Shown here piece by piece: positions 24,173 through 34,108 of a DNA stretch of 64,000 nt (its first letter is position 1; each line of letters begins with the position of its first letter). The notes below the pieces were generated by a model. The model made no database searches. It was not told where the DNA came from and was given only the letters and a program-made list of their open reading frames with translations. This DNA is from a phage, in assembly GCA_029945195.1 (NCBI GenBank), contig GCA_029945195.1_4117.1; one strand, given 5' to 3'. The translations under genes and the position numbers were made by a program.

Positions 24173-24489
24173 AATTTAATATAGCAAAAACATCTAATGT
24201 ATGTATATTTGGTTATGCTGATGAGTTAGGTGATCTTGACATTCTATTGTACAAAAAGGATGGTGTTATGCATTTCAAGTACCAGGATGAAGAGGCAGAC
24301 AATTATCCTTTACCTAATTTAGTACAAATGCAGGAAGAGGAATTATTCCAGTACAGCTTAGTATATGACATTGATATTTGCACGATGCCAGTACTAATTA
24401 ATATTCAAAAAGTGATGCTCGATGTGTTTGATAGGCTAATACAAGGCACACAAGGAAGAACCATATATGTCAATGTACAAGACAATTAA
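24169..24489 (+). CDS. family-B array protein
   Basis: QEEELFQYSLVYD; ATGA overlap. Confidence 0.6.
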   Translation: MKFNIAKTSNVCIFGYADELGDLDILLYKKDGVMHFKYQDEEADNYPLPNLVQMQEEELFQYSLVYDIDICTMPVLINIQKVMLDVFDRLIQGTQGRTIYVNVQDN

Positions 24490-24682
24490 TCAAGAATGGA
24501 AGACCCAAAAGTACAGGGAATTCAGTACTAGTTTAACAAAAGATGCATTGAATTTAAAAAGAACAGAGTTTGATATGTTTATTTTTCTTGGAACACGTTC
24601 ACAAGAACAATACATTCATTATTATATAAGTTCATTGCGAACGGAGATCGTATGCAAAACACAGGGTATTATAAAAAAGTAA
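24467..24682 (+). CDS. family-A-like protein (LGTRSQ) inside family-B zone
   Basis: motif FLGTRSQEQYIHYYISSLRTEI. Confidence 0.55.
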   Translation: MSMYKTINQEWKTQKYREFSTSLTKDALNLKRTEFDMFIFLGTRSQEQYIHYYISSLRTEIVCKTQGIIKK

Positions 24683-24918
24683 ACCAATATTTGTACGCTA
24701 CAAAGTACAGGGATTTTTGTTTAAAGGGTGGTGATGAAGATTTTTCTTTGCGATTATCAGAATTTAATCTGTTATTTTATCTTGGTACATCGGAACAAGA
24801 AGAAATGGCACAGAAATTTATCAAGCACCTTGAACAAAAAATTCATATGCAAATTTTGATGCTTAAGGTACATAATGAGATAAACAAATATGAACCCAAC
24901 AATAGTACAGGATCTTAA
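24652..24918 (+). CDS. family-A-like protein (LGTSEQ)
   Basis: motif YLGTSEQEEMAQKFIKHLEQKI. Confidence 0.55.
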   Translation: MQNTGYYKKVNQYLYATKYRDFCLKGGDEDFSLRLSEFNLLFYLGTSEQEEMAQKFIKHLEQKIHMQILMLKVHNEINKYEPNNSTGS

Positions 24919-25276
24919 ACAAGTAATATTCCTTTTGAATACAAGAAGTGAAATGTATACAGAGTTAAAAGAGATTAATGCATTTTATCAGAATTTTGTA
25001 ATTCAAGAGTTCAGTGATTTAATTACAGATGCATTATTTGAATTCTCGGAGAAATACAAAGGAACAGAGTTCAGTGTTAAGAATGTTATTCGTCCAATTA
25101 CAAGGAAAATTATATTATCACATTTTACATTTGACAATAAAGATTTATTCAGTCATAATCCAAGTACAGCTTTATATTTTATTCCTGATTCAGACAAAAA
25201 TCATCCTATTCATTACGGATGGATTTTGTCGTACATAGTACAAGGAAAGGAGTATCCTATTAAATGGAACGATTAG
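24890..25276 (+). CDS. hypothetical protein (128 aa)
   Basis: ORF track; no clear family motif. Confidence 0.45.
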   Translation: MNPTIVQDLKQVIFLLNTRSEMYTELKEINAFYQNFVIQEFSDLITDALFEFSEKYKGTEFSVKNVIRPITRKIILSHFTFDNKDLFSHNPSTALYFIPDSDKNHPIHYGWILSYIVQGKEYPIKWND

Positions 25277-25424
25277 GGCGATTAGATTATTACACAATTA
25301 ATACAAATTATTTGTTGCGTAATATAAAATCCGATTACAAAATATGGATAAAGAACAGAGATAGTATGTGTTATGAATTTTATTTAGATTATGCCATCAA
25401 ACGCTTTTTAAGAGAAGAACATTA

Positions 25425-25625
25425 ATGCACACACCGCACAAAGAGCACACAGAGCACAAAAATACAAAAACGATAAATGTTTTAAATGATTCTTTATTGG
25501 TGAGTATAAATTTATATTATAAAATTCATTTAAATGGTGGTATTGAAAATTTTAGTTATTATTTGAGTGCAATATCGCAAGAGCATTTAATATACCAAGA
25601 TCATTTATTGCACCCGAATCCATAA
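25425..25625 (+). CDS. hypothetical protein (66 aa)
   Basis: ORF track; weak SD. Confidence 0.35.
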   Translation: MHTPHKEHTEHKNTKTINVLNDSLLVSINLYYKIHLNGGIENFSYYLSAISQEHLIYQDHLLHPNP

Positions 25626-25633
25626 GGCGAATT

Positions 25634-26179
25634 ATGAATGAGATAGAATTATTAGCACACAAGATTAGTACAATAATGCTTATCCTCAATAACAACCATC
25701 CTATATCGCAGATAGATGGAATCCTGAGTCAGAGGACAGGTGGTAGTTTATATTTGACATTAACAGAGGTTATCGCAAGGAATTACATTGATATTGAAAT
25801 CGAGAACAGTGATGCATCAGGAAAGGTTGATGTAGGTGCATTAATCAGTTCAAATCCAGTATCAGCATCCCCATTGACCAAAGGTGTTAGTACAGGATTC
25901 GAAGGGTATTTGTGGTACAATACCAATGATGATTATTTTATATATCAGCATTCCAATACAAATTATGATGAAGACAAATTTCAGTTCATAGACCCTTATG
26001 ATGAAGCTGAAGTATTTCAAAAATCATTAATCACAAAACCGCATGAGATGATGTATCTAATGTTATTCAGTACAATGCATTTGAATCCATTAATTAAAGG
26101 TTTAAAATTTTATATTCAATTGAATTTAGTCCATGTAGTTTATGATTTATTAATGCAAGGATATAGTTATGAAGTATAA
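25634..26179 (+). CDS. family-B array protein
   Basis: DEAEVFQKSLITKPHEMMYLMLF. Confidence 0.55.
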   Translation: MNEIELLAHKISTIMLILNNNHPISQIDGILSQRTGGSLYLTLTEVIARNYIDIEIENSDASGKVDVGALISSNPVSASPLTKGVSTGFEGYLWYNTNDDYFIYQHSNTNYDEDKFQFIDPYDEAEVFQKSLITKPHEMMYLMLFSTMHLNPLIKGLKFYIQLNLVHVVYDLLMQGYSYEV

Positions 26180-26486
26180 AATGCTTAATACAGTATCAGG
26201 GGTATATGTAGAATTAGAATCCGATTATTCAGATGGATGGAATTTTATTAAACGACACGATAGAAATACATGGTACATGGCACATTTGGATAATGACGTA
26301 ATAATAGATAATTTTGTCGATTTTAATACATTATCAGAAGAAGAATTTTTCCAAATGCAATTTGTGCTTGATACAAATGGATTTGATTTGCTATTATTAA
26401 GGAATATTCAGAAAGCGGTTAATGAATTCATAATCCAAAATAATTCAGGTAAAATGGGGATGTTCCATGATCTGGAAGTACAATGA
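26169..26486 (+). CDS. family-B array protein
   Basis: LSEEEFFQMQFVLD. Confidence 0.6.
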   Translation: MKYKMLNTVSGVYVELESDYSDGWNFIKRHDRNTWYMAHLDNDVIIDNFVDFNTLSEEEFFQMQFVLDTNGFDLLLLRNIQKAVNEFIIQNNSGKMGMFHDLEVQ

Positions 26487-27024
26487 AATTCAGTACACCT
26501 ACGCTAATGCAATCCTTATGGGACAAAAGTTAGCTTGTATTGTTGCAGCCTTATATAATGCACAGAAAGATTACAAGCGTCATATTCACAAATGTATTGG
26601 TATTATTCCATCGAAGTACAATACATATATTGCGTGCACGAGTCATTTTGATAAACGATTCAATACACCTGATACCCCAAATTCCCGTAGTGTTATTGGT
26701 CTTTTGGATTTCGCCCCTGGTGCTGTTATTGGAAAGAATGATTTAGAGTACGCATGGTATAATAAAAATGCCCCGTTAGTAATGGTAAAATATGATACAG
26801 AAACGAACAAAACAATAGAGTACAATACATATAAATCAGAGGAAGAATTTTTCCAAGGTTCATTGCTTGTGCCAGTGCGTTTGTTGTTTTATAATGTCCT
26901 TATTAGTACAGTACACAATAGTCCATTACACAAGAATCACAAAATTAATTTCAATTTTTGTGCTTATGCAATTGATGGTGTGTATGAGTGTTTAATGGAG
27001 GTATTGAGTTATGAAGCTGAATAA
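26467..27024 (+). CDS. family-B array protein
   Basis: KSEEEFFQGSLLVP. Confidence 0.6.
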   Translation: MIWKYNEIQYTYANAILMGQKLACIVAALYNAQKDYKRHIHKCIGIIPSKYNTYIACTSHFDKRFNTPDTPNSRSVIGLLDFAPGAVIGKNDLEYAWYNKNAPLVMVKYDTETNKTIEYNTYKSEEEFFQGSLLVPVRLLFYNVLISTVHNSPLHKNHKINFNFCAYAIDGVYECLMEVLSYEAE

Positions 27025-27352
27025 TACATTTGATATTAATAAGTTAAGAGAATGGTTTTATAGTATTGAAATTGAAGCCATCCCATATCATAGATATGAA
27101 CAATATAATTTAACCAGTATTGATATCAGTGAGTTGTACGCGTATTATCAAAGTGCATTAGAGATGCATAAGTTATTTTTGAGTACAGATTTTGTTCTAA
27201 ATTACAATTTTGAGGAATTTAATAATTATAATTTAGTACAGAAATATGTAGTAGCAAAGTATATGTACCTTCAAGGAATTACAAGTAATTTGGAATTCAA
27301 TACAGTCCTTGCTTTAGTTGAGGTAATTTTATGCAGTACATGTATGATTTAG
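27011..27352 (+). CDS. hypothetical array protein (motif degenerate)
   Basis: ORF track; tandem position. Confidence 0.45.
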   Translation: MKLNNTFDINKLREWFYSIEIEAIPYHRYEQYNLTSIDISELYAYYQSALEMHKLFLSTDFVLNYNFEEFNNYNLVQKYVVAKYMYLQGITSNLEFNTVLALVEVILCSTCMI

Positions 27353-27837
27353 AGTTTAGTTTAGATGCTGCCTTTAAATTTGTTCACAAGATAGAAACAA
27401 TATACAGTACATTATGTGCAATACAATCAGTATCATCTGAGTTTGATGTTGGTGAAAAATATCAGGTATGGAATAATACATTTCTTAACAAAGAACGTTG
27501 CTCTACGGGGTTTAATATTTTAACATTTAATCCCAGCAATTGTTACCCAGAGAAGCATGAACGTTATCCGAATGACGACATGTGGTTTGATTACACAAAA
27601 GATGGTGATATGTCATCCCTTGTAGTTCCTGATGATTTTAATGCCGAAGATTTAACGGAAGAGTGGTGGTTTCAACAGAATTTAGTACACGATGATATTG
27701 ATTTATTTTTTTATGTAGTATTTAAAATGCTTTACCACAACAATATATTAAAAGATAGTGTGTTTTTTTCATGTCTATATATTGATGATTTGTACAATGA
27801 AATCCAAATCAACATACCCAGAACGCCTGTATCGTAA
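27331..27837 (+). CDS. family-B array protein
   Basis: LTEEWWFQQNLVHDD. Confidence 0.6.
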   Translation: MQYMYDLEFSLDAAFKFVHKIETIYSTLCAIQSVSSEFDVGEKYQVWNNTFLNKERCSTGFNILTFNPSNCYPEKHERYPNDDMWFDYTKDGDMSSLVVPDDFNAEDLTEEWWFQQNLVHDDIDLFFYVVFKMLYHNNILKDSVFFSCLYIDDLYNEIQINIPRTPVS

Positions 27838-27852
27838 GATATGGGCTTTTTT
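27825..27852 (+). terminator. terminator-like hairpin inside array
   Basis: GCCTGTATC-GTAA-GATATGGGC then TTTTTT; overlaps stop of upstream gene. Confidence 0.45.
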
Positions 27853-27919
27853 CGTTTTGGTATTGACAAAGAAGTGCAAAGCTGTTATCATGTGTAATCA
27901 TTTTAAAGGAGAACATATA

Positions 27920-28432
27920 GTGAGTTTCATAATCCCTAGTACATACGAAGATGCATCAAGTGCAGTTCATAAGATTCATTATATTTTTAATTTAATTATT
28001 AGATCTGCAAAAATTAAAATGTATGCACCTCTTGTGGAATACGATAAAAATGAGGAAATTTTTGTTAGCACAGACCAAATTATTTTTCCATATTTCAATG
28101 AAGATAGATTGTGGTTCATGCATTTAGCTGCATTACAAAAATATAAAATGTCAATTCGTAATAATTTGGATATACCGTTATATCATCCTGATATTGGAGA
28201 GGATGAATATTTTCAGTACAGTACAGTACACCGCCATGAAGATATCTTTGTTGCTATGCTTATTGCTAAATTGAATACCGTTGATTTGGAGCAGTACAAA
28301 TACAATAATAAATCATGTAAGATCATAATCCCTGCATTCATAGCTCTTTATGATTATGTGGTGCATAACAAAAAAGATGATACATATGCTTTCAATGAAG
28401 AGTATTTGAATTTTTTTAAGGAGAACATATGA
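27920..28432 (+). CDS. family-B array protein (GTG start)
   Basis: track ORF 27758-28432 trimmed to GTG 27920: SD AAGGAG 27906-27911; GEDEYFQYSTVHRHED. Confidence 0.5.
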   Translation: MSFIIPSTYEDASSAVHKIHYIFNLIIRSAKIKMYAPLVEYDKNEEIFVSTDQIIFPYFNEDRLWFMHLAALQKYKMSIRNNLDIPLYHPDIGEDEYFQYSTVHRHEDIFVAMLIAKLNTVDLEQYKYNNKSCKIIIPAFIALYDYVVHNKKDDTYAFNEEYLNFFKENI

Positions 28433-28956
28433 GCAGTGAAGTGCTGAAATCAATGACATTCAATGAAATTGGTACATTTAAAGATAAGATCATTGATTGC
28501 ATTGAATACATGATTTGTAGTAATATCGAAAGTATCGAGATATTTAACAAGACAAATCGCTCTTACCATATGATGTACATTGCAAACAATAATGGTATCA
28601 TTCCATTTATTTCGGATAGTACAATATGGTACGCATGTGATACGAAAAAATACACAGCAGGTTCGTATAGCTTAGGGTCACATACGGAATTGATTATTCC
28701 TGAGCATTGTATGAAAGAAGAAGAATATTTTCAAATGCAATGTATACATTCACCATTAGTGTTGTTTAGTTTATATATTATACCTTATATCACCAAATGT
28801 GTTCATGAGAATAAAGCTCCGTGGAATCATGAATTTGTATCGTTGAAGTTATTGTATAATGTATTAGTAGAATATTATGATTACAGGCACAATGGTACAA
28901 TCAGTGATGTATGGGATTTTGAATCGCTAAGGGTGAAAACATACACAGGTGAATGA
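28429..28956 (+). CDS. family-B array protein
   Basis: MKEEEYFQMQCIHSP; ATGA overlap. Confidence 0.6.
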   Translation: MSSEVLKSMTFNEIGTFKDKIIDCIEYMICSNIESIEIFNKTNRSYHMMYIANNNGIIPFISDSTIWYACDTKKYTAGSYSLGSHTELIIPEHCMKEEEYFQMQCIHSPLVLFSLYIIPYITKCVHENKAPWNHEFVSLKLLYNVLVEYYDYRHNGTISDVWDFESLRVKTYTGE

Positions 28957-29572
28957 TATGACCAGAATTAAAATGTATGATTTGATGCAGTACAGTAAAA
29001 TTGCCATTCCAGTGCTTAATAAAGTGCTGGATGCATTCATTGCCAAATACCCTGAGAATTCAGTGTTATGTATTCCATTTAGTGTTCCAGATAAAGATGA
29101 TATATTCCAAGTGAATGTCAGTACACGTGGTATTACATTACAGCAGAAATACATGGATACGGAATATTATGGAATAAAGTTGGATTCAGTACAGGGTTCA
29201 AAATCAGCCTATGATTTTTTTGTTCCTAATAATATAGAGTCATGGGAAACAAACATTTCAAAGAAAGATGAAAATGATGTTCCTATTAGTGGTGTGTTCA
29301 ACAATAAAGTTTTTTATTATTACGAAACCGACAAATTCCCTGAAGAGTTATATTACAATTCAGAAATGAATGAAGATGTAGATGCATTCATGTTTCAATT
29401 ATCTTTAGTACATGATATCATTGATGTTCAAGAGTTAAGAGCAGAAATCAATTTAGCTAAAGAGTTATCGGACATGCTGCCACCGTTTAGTATGCTTTTT
29501 TGTGAAGGTGGTTATTTTTCAAAAGAAGTGTTTGAACATTTCGTAGATGTTGTAAAAGGGTTGGATATATAG
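28949..29572 (+). CDS. family-B array protein
   Basis: EDVDAFMFQLSLVHD. Confidence 0.55.
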   Translation: MNDMTRIKMYDLMQYSKIAIPVLNKVLDAFIAKYPENSVLCIPFSVPDKDDIFQVNVSTRGITLQQKYMDTEYYGIKLDSVQGSKSAYDFFVPNNIESWETNISKKDENDVPISGVFNNKVFYYYETDKFPEELYYNSEMNEDVDAFMFQLSLVHDIIDVQELRAEINLAKELSDMLPPFSMLFCEGGYFSKEVFEHFVDVVKGLDI

Positions 29573-29573
29573 T

Positions 29574-29768
29574 ATGCTTACAGTTGATGTTAAACAAAAA
29601 TACCGTAAGTTTGATTGGTTCACCGACAGTTTCCAGCTTGAATTATTACATTTGAATATCTGTGAAACATTATGTGCAGAAACACAAGATGAATTTGATG
29701 ATAGAGTGATGAACATAGTAATGCTTTCTTGCTTTAAACATTTTGGTTATTTTTTCGGACAGAATTGA
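29574..29768 (+). CDS. hypothetical protein (64 aa)
   Basis: ORF track. Confidence 0.4.
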   Translation: MLTVDVKQKYRKFDWFTDSFQLELLHLNICETLCAETQDEFDDRVMNIVMLSCFKHFGYFFGQN

Positions 29769-29776
29769 GGTAAAAA

Positions 29777-30292
29777 ATGCATCAACACAAGCATCATTCA
29801 TATGATTTTGCAATTAACATTATGAAGTTCATTCGAGCGTTGGAGGATGGGAAGCTTAGTCATAAGTACACCAAAGTAGGTGACAATTGGTTCAGAAATG
29901 ATGATGAGTTCAGAAGTCATAAGATTGTTTACAGCAATAATTACAGTGCCAATTACCTACAAGATGTAGTGATGTGTTTTGAATACGTGTTGCAGTTCAG
30001 GGGTTCAATCCAGGATGAGTTGATGGAGCACATGTACATCCGATACCTTCCAATGCTCAAAGATGAAAATGTATTATTAAATTCAATATACCAACGAGTT
30101 CGTGAAATTGAGTGCAGGGATATATTAGATACAGAAGAATCGTATTTCCAGCAATCCCTGATTTATGCACCTGATTTATTACAGGTACATAATTTGTTTA
30201 ATACATTACGTCAAAACATCAGTACAGACATATTTTTGTCATTATCGGATTATGATACATTTGTCAAAGATTTAGAGGAAATAGGTTTATGA
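29777..30292 (+). CDS. family-B array protein
   Basis: DTEESYFQQSLIYAPD. Confidence 0.6.
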   Translation: MHQHKHHSYDFAINIMKFIRALEDGKLSHKYTKVGDNWFRNDDEFRSHKIVYSNNYSANYLQDVVMCFEYVLQFRGSIQDELMEHMYIRYLPMLKDENVLLNSIYQRVREIECRDILDTEESYFQQSLIYAPDLLQVHNLFNTLRQNISTDIFLSLSDYDTFVKDLEEIGL

Positions 30293-30633
30293 GTCGATTT
30301 TCGGTTTATATAGTAAACGTCAGTAAAGATGGTAGTTTAATTGAATTTGATGTAGTTGATAACAATGATAATTCATATGGTATTAAGGTACAGGACAATG
30401 ATGTACAGTTCAGTACAAGGACAAATTTTGAGAATCCAGTCCAAGTTCCGAATTTCATAGAAGATGAAGCTGCACGATTCCAATACGAAACGGCATATGA
30501 CAATGTACATATGCATATTATTATGCAAACGAGTTTAGTTCAATTAGTTCCTTTGTTCAGACAAAATATATATGTACATGAAGTGTCGATTAATGGCATT
30601 CAAAGTTCCGTTTTGTTCGGTACAAATATGTAA
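30289..30633 (+). CDS. family-B array protein (divergent)
   Basis: EDEAARFQYETAYD; ATGA overlap. Confidence 0.55.
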   Translation: MSRFSVYIVNVSKDGSLIEFDVVDNNDNSYGIKVQDNDVQFSTRTNFENPVQVPNFIEDEAARFQYETAYDNVHMHIIMQTSLVQLVPLFRQNIYVHEVSINGIQSSVLFGTNM

Positions 30634-30643
30634 GGAAAGTACA

Positions 30644-31195
30644 ATGAGTTCAATGAGTTTATTAGATACATTAGAAAAAGACAGAAGTGCAATTAAGCGT
30701 TTAAAAGAGCAAGTACAAAAGATTGTATACAACGTTGATAAGTTTGAAGTCCCAGGAAGATTTGGTGATATTTCCCATACGGAGATCAAATCCCTTAAGT
30801 CAGATTTGTTGATTAAAAATAAAAATGGGTTGATTTTAGTTTTGAGTTCAGATATGATGGGGGCAACACATAGTTATAATGCAGTATCGGTGCGTTCAGA
30901 GTGTGAAGGTATATATCTATCACAGGGTTTCAATAGCGAGACACAGGTTTGTTTTTGTGATGCAGTACATGACCCTATGAAGTTCACGAGAAGTGAAGCC
31001 CAAGCGTTATTAGAGCTATCAGACGAGAGTTTGTTTCAGTACAGTACAATGTATGACAATGATAAGCTTCGTTGTATGTACGCTGTAAAGCATTATACAC
31101 AGGAGTTTTCTGGATTTGCATACCTTTTAGTTAGAACCAATACCAGATATATTGATATGTTAGAAGATTACATCGATAAAGTTGTTAATGTATGA
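30644..31195 (+). CDS. family-B array protein
   Basis: track ORF trimmed to ATG 30644 (SD AAGGA); SDESLFQYSTMYDND. Confidence 0.55.
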   Translation: MSSMSLLDTLEKDRSAIKRLKEQVQKIVYNVDKFEVPGRFGDISHTEIKSLKSDLLIKNKNGLILVLSSDMMGATHSYNAVSVRSECEGIYLSQGFNSETQVCFCDAVHDPMKFTRSEAQALLELSDESLFQYSTMYDNDKLRCMYAVKHYTQEFSGFAYLLVRTNTRYIDMLEDYIDKVVNV

Positions 31196-31377
31196 TGTAT
31201 GATTATGTGATGGTATAATGCTGATGAAAGAGTTATTTGAAGATCAGTTCAATACATATGTGGATAATATTCTTTATTCCAGCCGTGCTAGTCAACGAGG
31301 AAATCGTGCTTACAATATAGATTACCTATTAGTGGTGCTGAGTTCACAGTACACCTACGCTGTACAGAGGACATATT

Positions 31378-31581
31378 ATGAATAATTTTAGAGATGTTGC
31401 TAAGGAGAAGTTCAAGTGCAGTTTAGATTTTGGGTTAAATGATTTTCTGACATGCACAATGTACAGGAATGATGATTATGAGCAATCCGTAATTTCGTTG
31501 CACAGATATTTCGAAATAATTTACGCAAGATATCTTAGAAGGTTAGAGGGAATAGGGGATTGGAATTATGATTACGTTTGA
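31378..31581 (+). CDS. hypothetical protein (67 aa)
   Basis: ORF track. Confidence 0.45.
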   Translation: MNNFRDVAKEKFKCSLDFGLNDFLTCTMYRNDDYEQSVISLHRYFEIIYARYLRRLEGIGDWNYDYV

Positions 31582-31792
31582 AGAGCCGGAAGTGGCATAT
31601 TGCTTTAGTGTGAAAGGTTTTGAATTCATGATGGATTCTATTTTGAAGGATACATATTTGGTTCAGATTGCAGTTGCAGATAATACAGATAATGCATTAC
31701 AGCGAGTATTGAATATATACGAGAGGACGAGTCGAAGGCTTTGTGCAATGAAAAGGATTGAAGAAATCAAGGTTTCTAGGCTGAATAAATAG
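31568..31792 (+). CDS. hypothetical protein (74 aa)
   Basis: ORF track. Confidence 0.45.
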   Translation: MITFEEPEVAYCFSVKGFEFMMDSILKDTYLVQIAVADNTDNALQRVLNIYERTSRRLCAMKRIEEIKVSRLNK

Positions 31793-31810
31793 AGACGTTT
31801 CATTTTGACA

Positions 31811-31840
31811 GGCCGCAGGGGGGGGTCAAAAAAATTTCCG
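31811..31840. repeat. G8/A7 homopolymer element
   Basis: GCCGCAGGGGGGGGTCAAAAAAATTTCCGCTG; related inverted copy at 55905-55938. Confidence 0.5.
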
Positions 31841-31990
31841 CTGAAAAACATGCTAAGGTATATGTTTAATATAAAGTTTTATATTGTGTTTTTCAGAGTA
31901 CAGTTCATGTTTCTTGAAACAAAAAATACCCCGCCGCCGAACGTTCTCCTTATATTGGAGTTTACCTTATTAATTATAGTAGAGATTAAG

Positions 31991-32368
31991 ATGGAAATAA
32001 AATATAATGAATTTTGTGCAAGGACATGGATGTACACTGGTGAGTTAGTTACGCACTCTAACTTATACAAGGGTGATTTAAACTACGCTAGGGACAAGAT
32101 TTTAAAGTACTGGAATGCTGACTTTTATTTGATGGATTTTAGTACTGGGTTTAGGGGTAAAGCAACCGAGATGTTGGACTATACAGTACTTGATGATGCT
32201 GCACTGTTTCAGGCGGCATTAGTATTTGATAAGAAGTACATCTGTACATTAGAAGAGATGATTGAATTACAGCGTAGAATTAAATGTATTCACAGGGAAT
32301 GTATAGATATCTGGTGCAGTACTGGTGAAGATGATTTTTGTAATCATTTCAATCTAGGGGAAGTGTGA
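31991..32368 (+). CDS. family-B array protein
   Basis: track ORF 31805-32368 trimmed to ATG 31991; DDAALFQAALVFDKKY; upstream part is G-tract noncoding. Confidence 0.55.
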   Translation: MEIKYNEFCARTWMYTGELVTHSNLYKGDLNYARDKILKYWNADFYLMDFSTGFRGKATEMLDYTVLDDAALFQAALVFDKKYICTLEEMIELQRRIKCIHRECIDIWCSTGEDDFCNHFNLGEV

Positions 32369-32529
32369 TGGAATTTGATTTTTTAATATCAGTACATTCT
32401 TTTAAGCACAGTTATCAGTACTTTTGTAATTTAAACAAAGGTGATTTGATTATGGATACAGATACAGAGGCTGTATACAGTTCTAATATTCTGTACAAAT
32501 TCAGTACTAATCTGAAGGAGATTTTATGA
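32368..32529 (+). pseudogene. truncated duplicate of the N-terminus of gene 32894-33250
   Basis: first ~85 nt ~85% identical to 32894-32981 (MEFDFLIS..HSYQYFCNLNKGDL), then diverges to early stop (53 aa). Confidence 0.5.
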
Positions 32530-32894
32530 AAAAAGAAATTAGAATTCAATTCGGTATGAGGAAAAGAGAGGTCATCTGTACACTGAATCATGCGGACGTG
32601 GAAATGGGTGGTGCATTACAAAAATTCTCCCATTTTGTTCTTGTACTATATGAAAATGGGTCTTTTAAAATCTTCACATATGATGATTCAAAAAATTACC
32701 GTAATGATTTTGTAAATCTTACAGTACTGTCAGAAGAGGAATTCTTTCAGGAAAGTACTGTTTGGAATTTACCAAGAGCACCAATTGAATACGTCCGTGC
32801 TACACAGGTAGAGATGATCAAAACAATGCAGAACTATCCAGAAGATTATATGACTAAGTTTCCTGAATCTTTTAATGTAGAGGTTGAGTACTGA
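32526..32894 (+). CDS. family-B array protein
   Basis: LSEEEFFQESTVWN. Confidence 0.6.
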   Translation: MKKEIRIQFGMRKREVICTLNHADVEMGGALQKFSHFVLVLYENGSFKIFTYDDSKNYRNDFVNLTVLSEEEFFQESTVWNLPRAPIEYVRATQVEMIKTMQNYPEDYMTKFPESFNVEVEY

Positions 32895-33250
32895 TGGAAT
32901 TTGATTTTTTAATATCTACACATACGTTCAAGCACAGTTATCAGTACTTTTGTAATTTAAACAAAGGTGATTTAATGCACAGTGCAAATGAGTATATTCA
33001 TTACACTCAGGGTAAATTTACATTCATTGATTACAGTTCATTACAGTATCCACACCAAGATATGCCGGACTATACATTAATGGATACCGCAGAACTATTC
33101 CAAGAATCATTAGTATTTGATAAAAAGTACTTGTGTACATTTGAAGAAGTTATTGCAATACAAAATGAAATGAAAGAGTATGCTGCTTTGAATAAACCCA
33201 ATGCAAGTATTAATCAAGAATACAAATTCAATTTAGGAATTCAAGAATGA
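32894..33250 (+). CDS. family-B array protein
   Basis: DTAELFQESLVFDKKYLCTFEEV. Confidence 0.6.
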   Translation: MEFDFLISTHTFKHSYQYFCNLNKGDLMHSANEYIHYTQGKFTFIDYSSLQYPHQDMPDYTLMDTAELFQESLVFDKKYLCTFEEVIAIQNEMKEYAALNKPNASINQEYKFNLGIQE

Positions 33251-33606
33251 CATATGATTATTCTATGTACTATTATAAGTTACCTAAAGGATGGGACTTG
33301 TGCTGTAATCTTATTAAGGGCGACTCGGAACATGAGTTGAGTTTATATATGCATTACAAAGATTCTTGTTTTAAATTTATTCATGTATCACATGACGACT
33401 ATGACTATGAATCTGAGAGTCTTATAGATTATACAGTACTGGACGATGGCGAACTATTTCAGGCTGCATTAGTGTTTGATAAGAATAAGTACTCCTGTAC
33501 ATTTGAAGAAATGGTTTCTTTGCAAAATGAAATGAAGAGATTTGAAAAAGAAAACGTATTTAATCCATCCCCATCAAGAACGAATAATTATTATTTCAAT
33601 ATATGA
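33247..33606 (+). CDS. family-B array protein
   Basis: DDGELFQAALVFDKNKYSCTFEEM. Confidence 0.6.
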   Translation: MTYDYSMYYYKLPKGWDLCCNLIKGDSEHELSLYMHYKDSCFKFIHVSHDDYDYESESLIDYTVLDDGELFQAALVFDKNKYSCTFEEMVSLQNEMKRFEKENVFNPSPSRTNNYYFNI

Positions 33607-33615
33607 GATTATAAA

Positions 33616-34107
33616 ATGACATTACAGAGTTCATTGGAAAAAGCAAAGAAGATTCATGAGTACATGAATATGGCAAAAGAAGGTTCAGTTTACGGTGTTT
33701 TCAAAGACACAAGTACTCAATATTATGTACCAGATAACCTCCTTTATAATGACTGCTCAGATACAGAAACGTGCGTACTGGATACAGAAACGTGCATACT
33801 AGATACCGACCCTAATGATTATGAATGCTTCATTAATATGCATAATGAGTACATGGTCTATATTAATGATACAGATACCATTAACAGTACTGACAGCGAT
33901 TCCAATGACATTATAATTCCGAGTGAAGTTCTGGAAGGTCCGTGGGATAGTGAAGAGTATTACTTCCAACAAAGTACTGTATATGATAATGAAGTACTTG
34001 ATGTTATTATAATTATGTGGTACTTTAAAAGTATTGGTTCTGGGAACTTCTATTTCGATTACAAATACGTAAAGAAAACTGTAGATAACGGTATTAACAG
34101 GGGTTGA
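33616..34107 (+). CDS. family-B subfamily protein (EEYYFQQS, WYFKS)
   Basis: GPWDSEEYYFQQSTVYDNEVLDVIIIMWYFKS. Confidence 0.65.
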   Translation: MTLQSSLEKAKKIHEYMNMAKEGSVYGVFKDTSTQYYVPDNLLYNDCSDTETCVLDTETCILDTDPNDYECFINMHNEYMVYINDTDTINSTDSDSNDIIIPSEVLEGPWDSEEYYFQQSTVYDNEVLDVIIIMWYFKSIGSGNFYFDYKYVKKTVDNGINRG

Positions 34108-34108
34108 A

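Noticed and set aside
25264-25425. 53-codon ORF overlapping the end of 24890-25276
   Set aside because: Clean reading frame but no SD and no family motif; left uncalled.
31218-31385. 55-codon ORF starting inside a TATAAT box
   Set aside because: Start overlaps a putative -10 with no SD; could be a leaderless gene but evidence is too weak to call.
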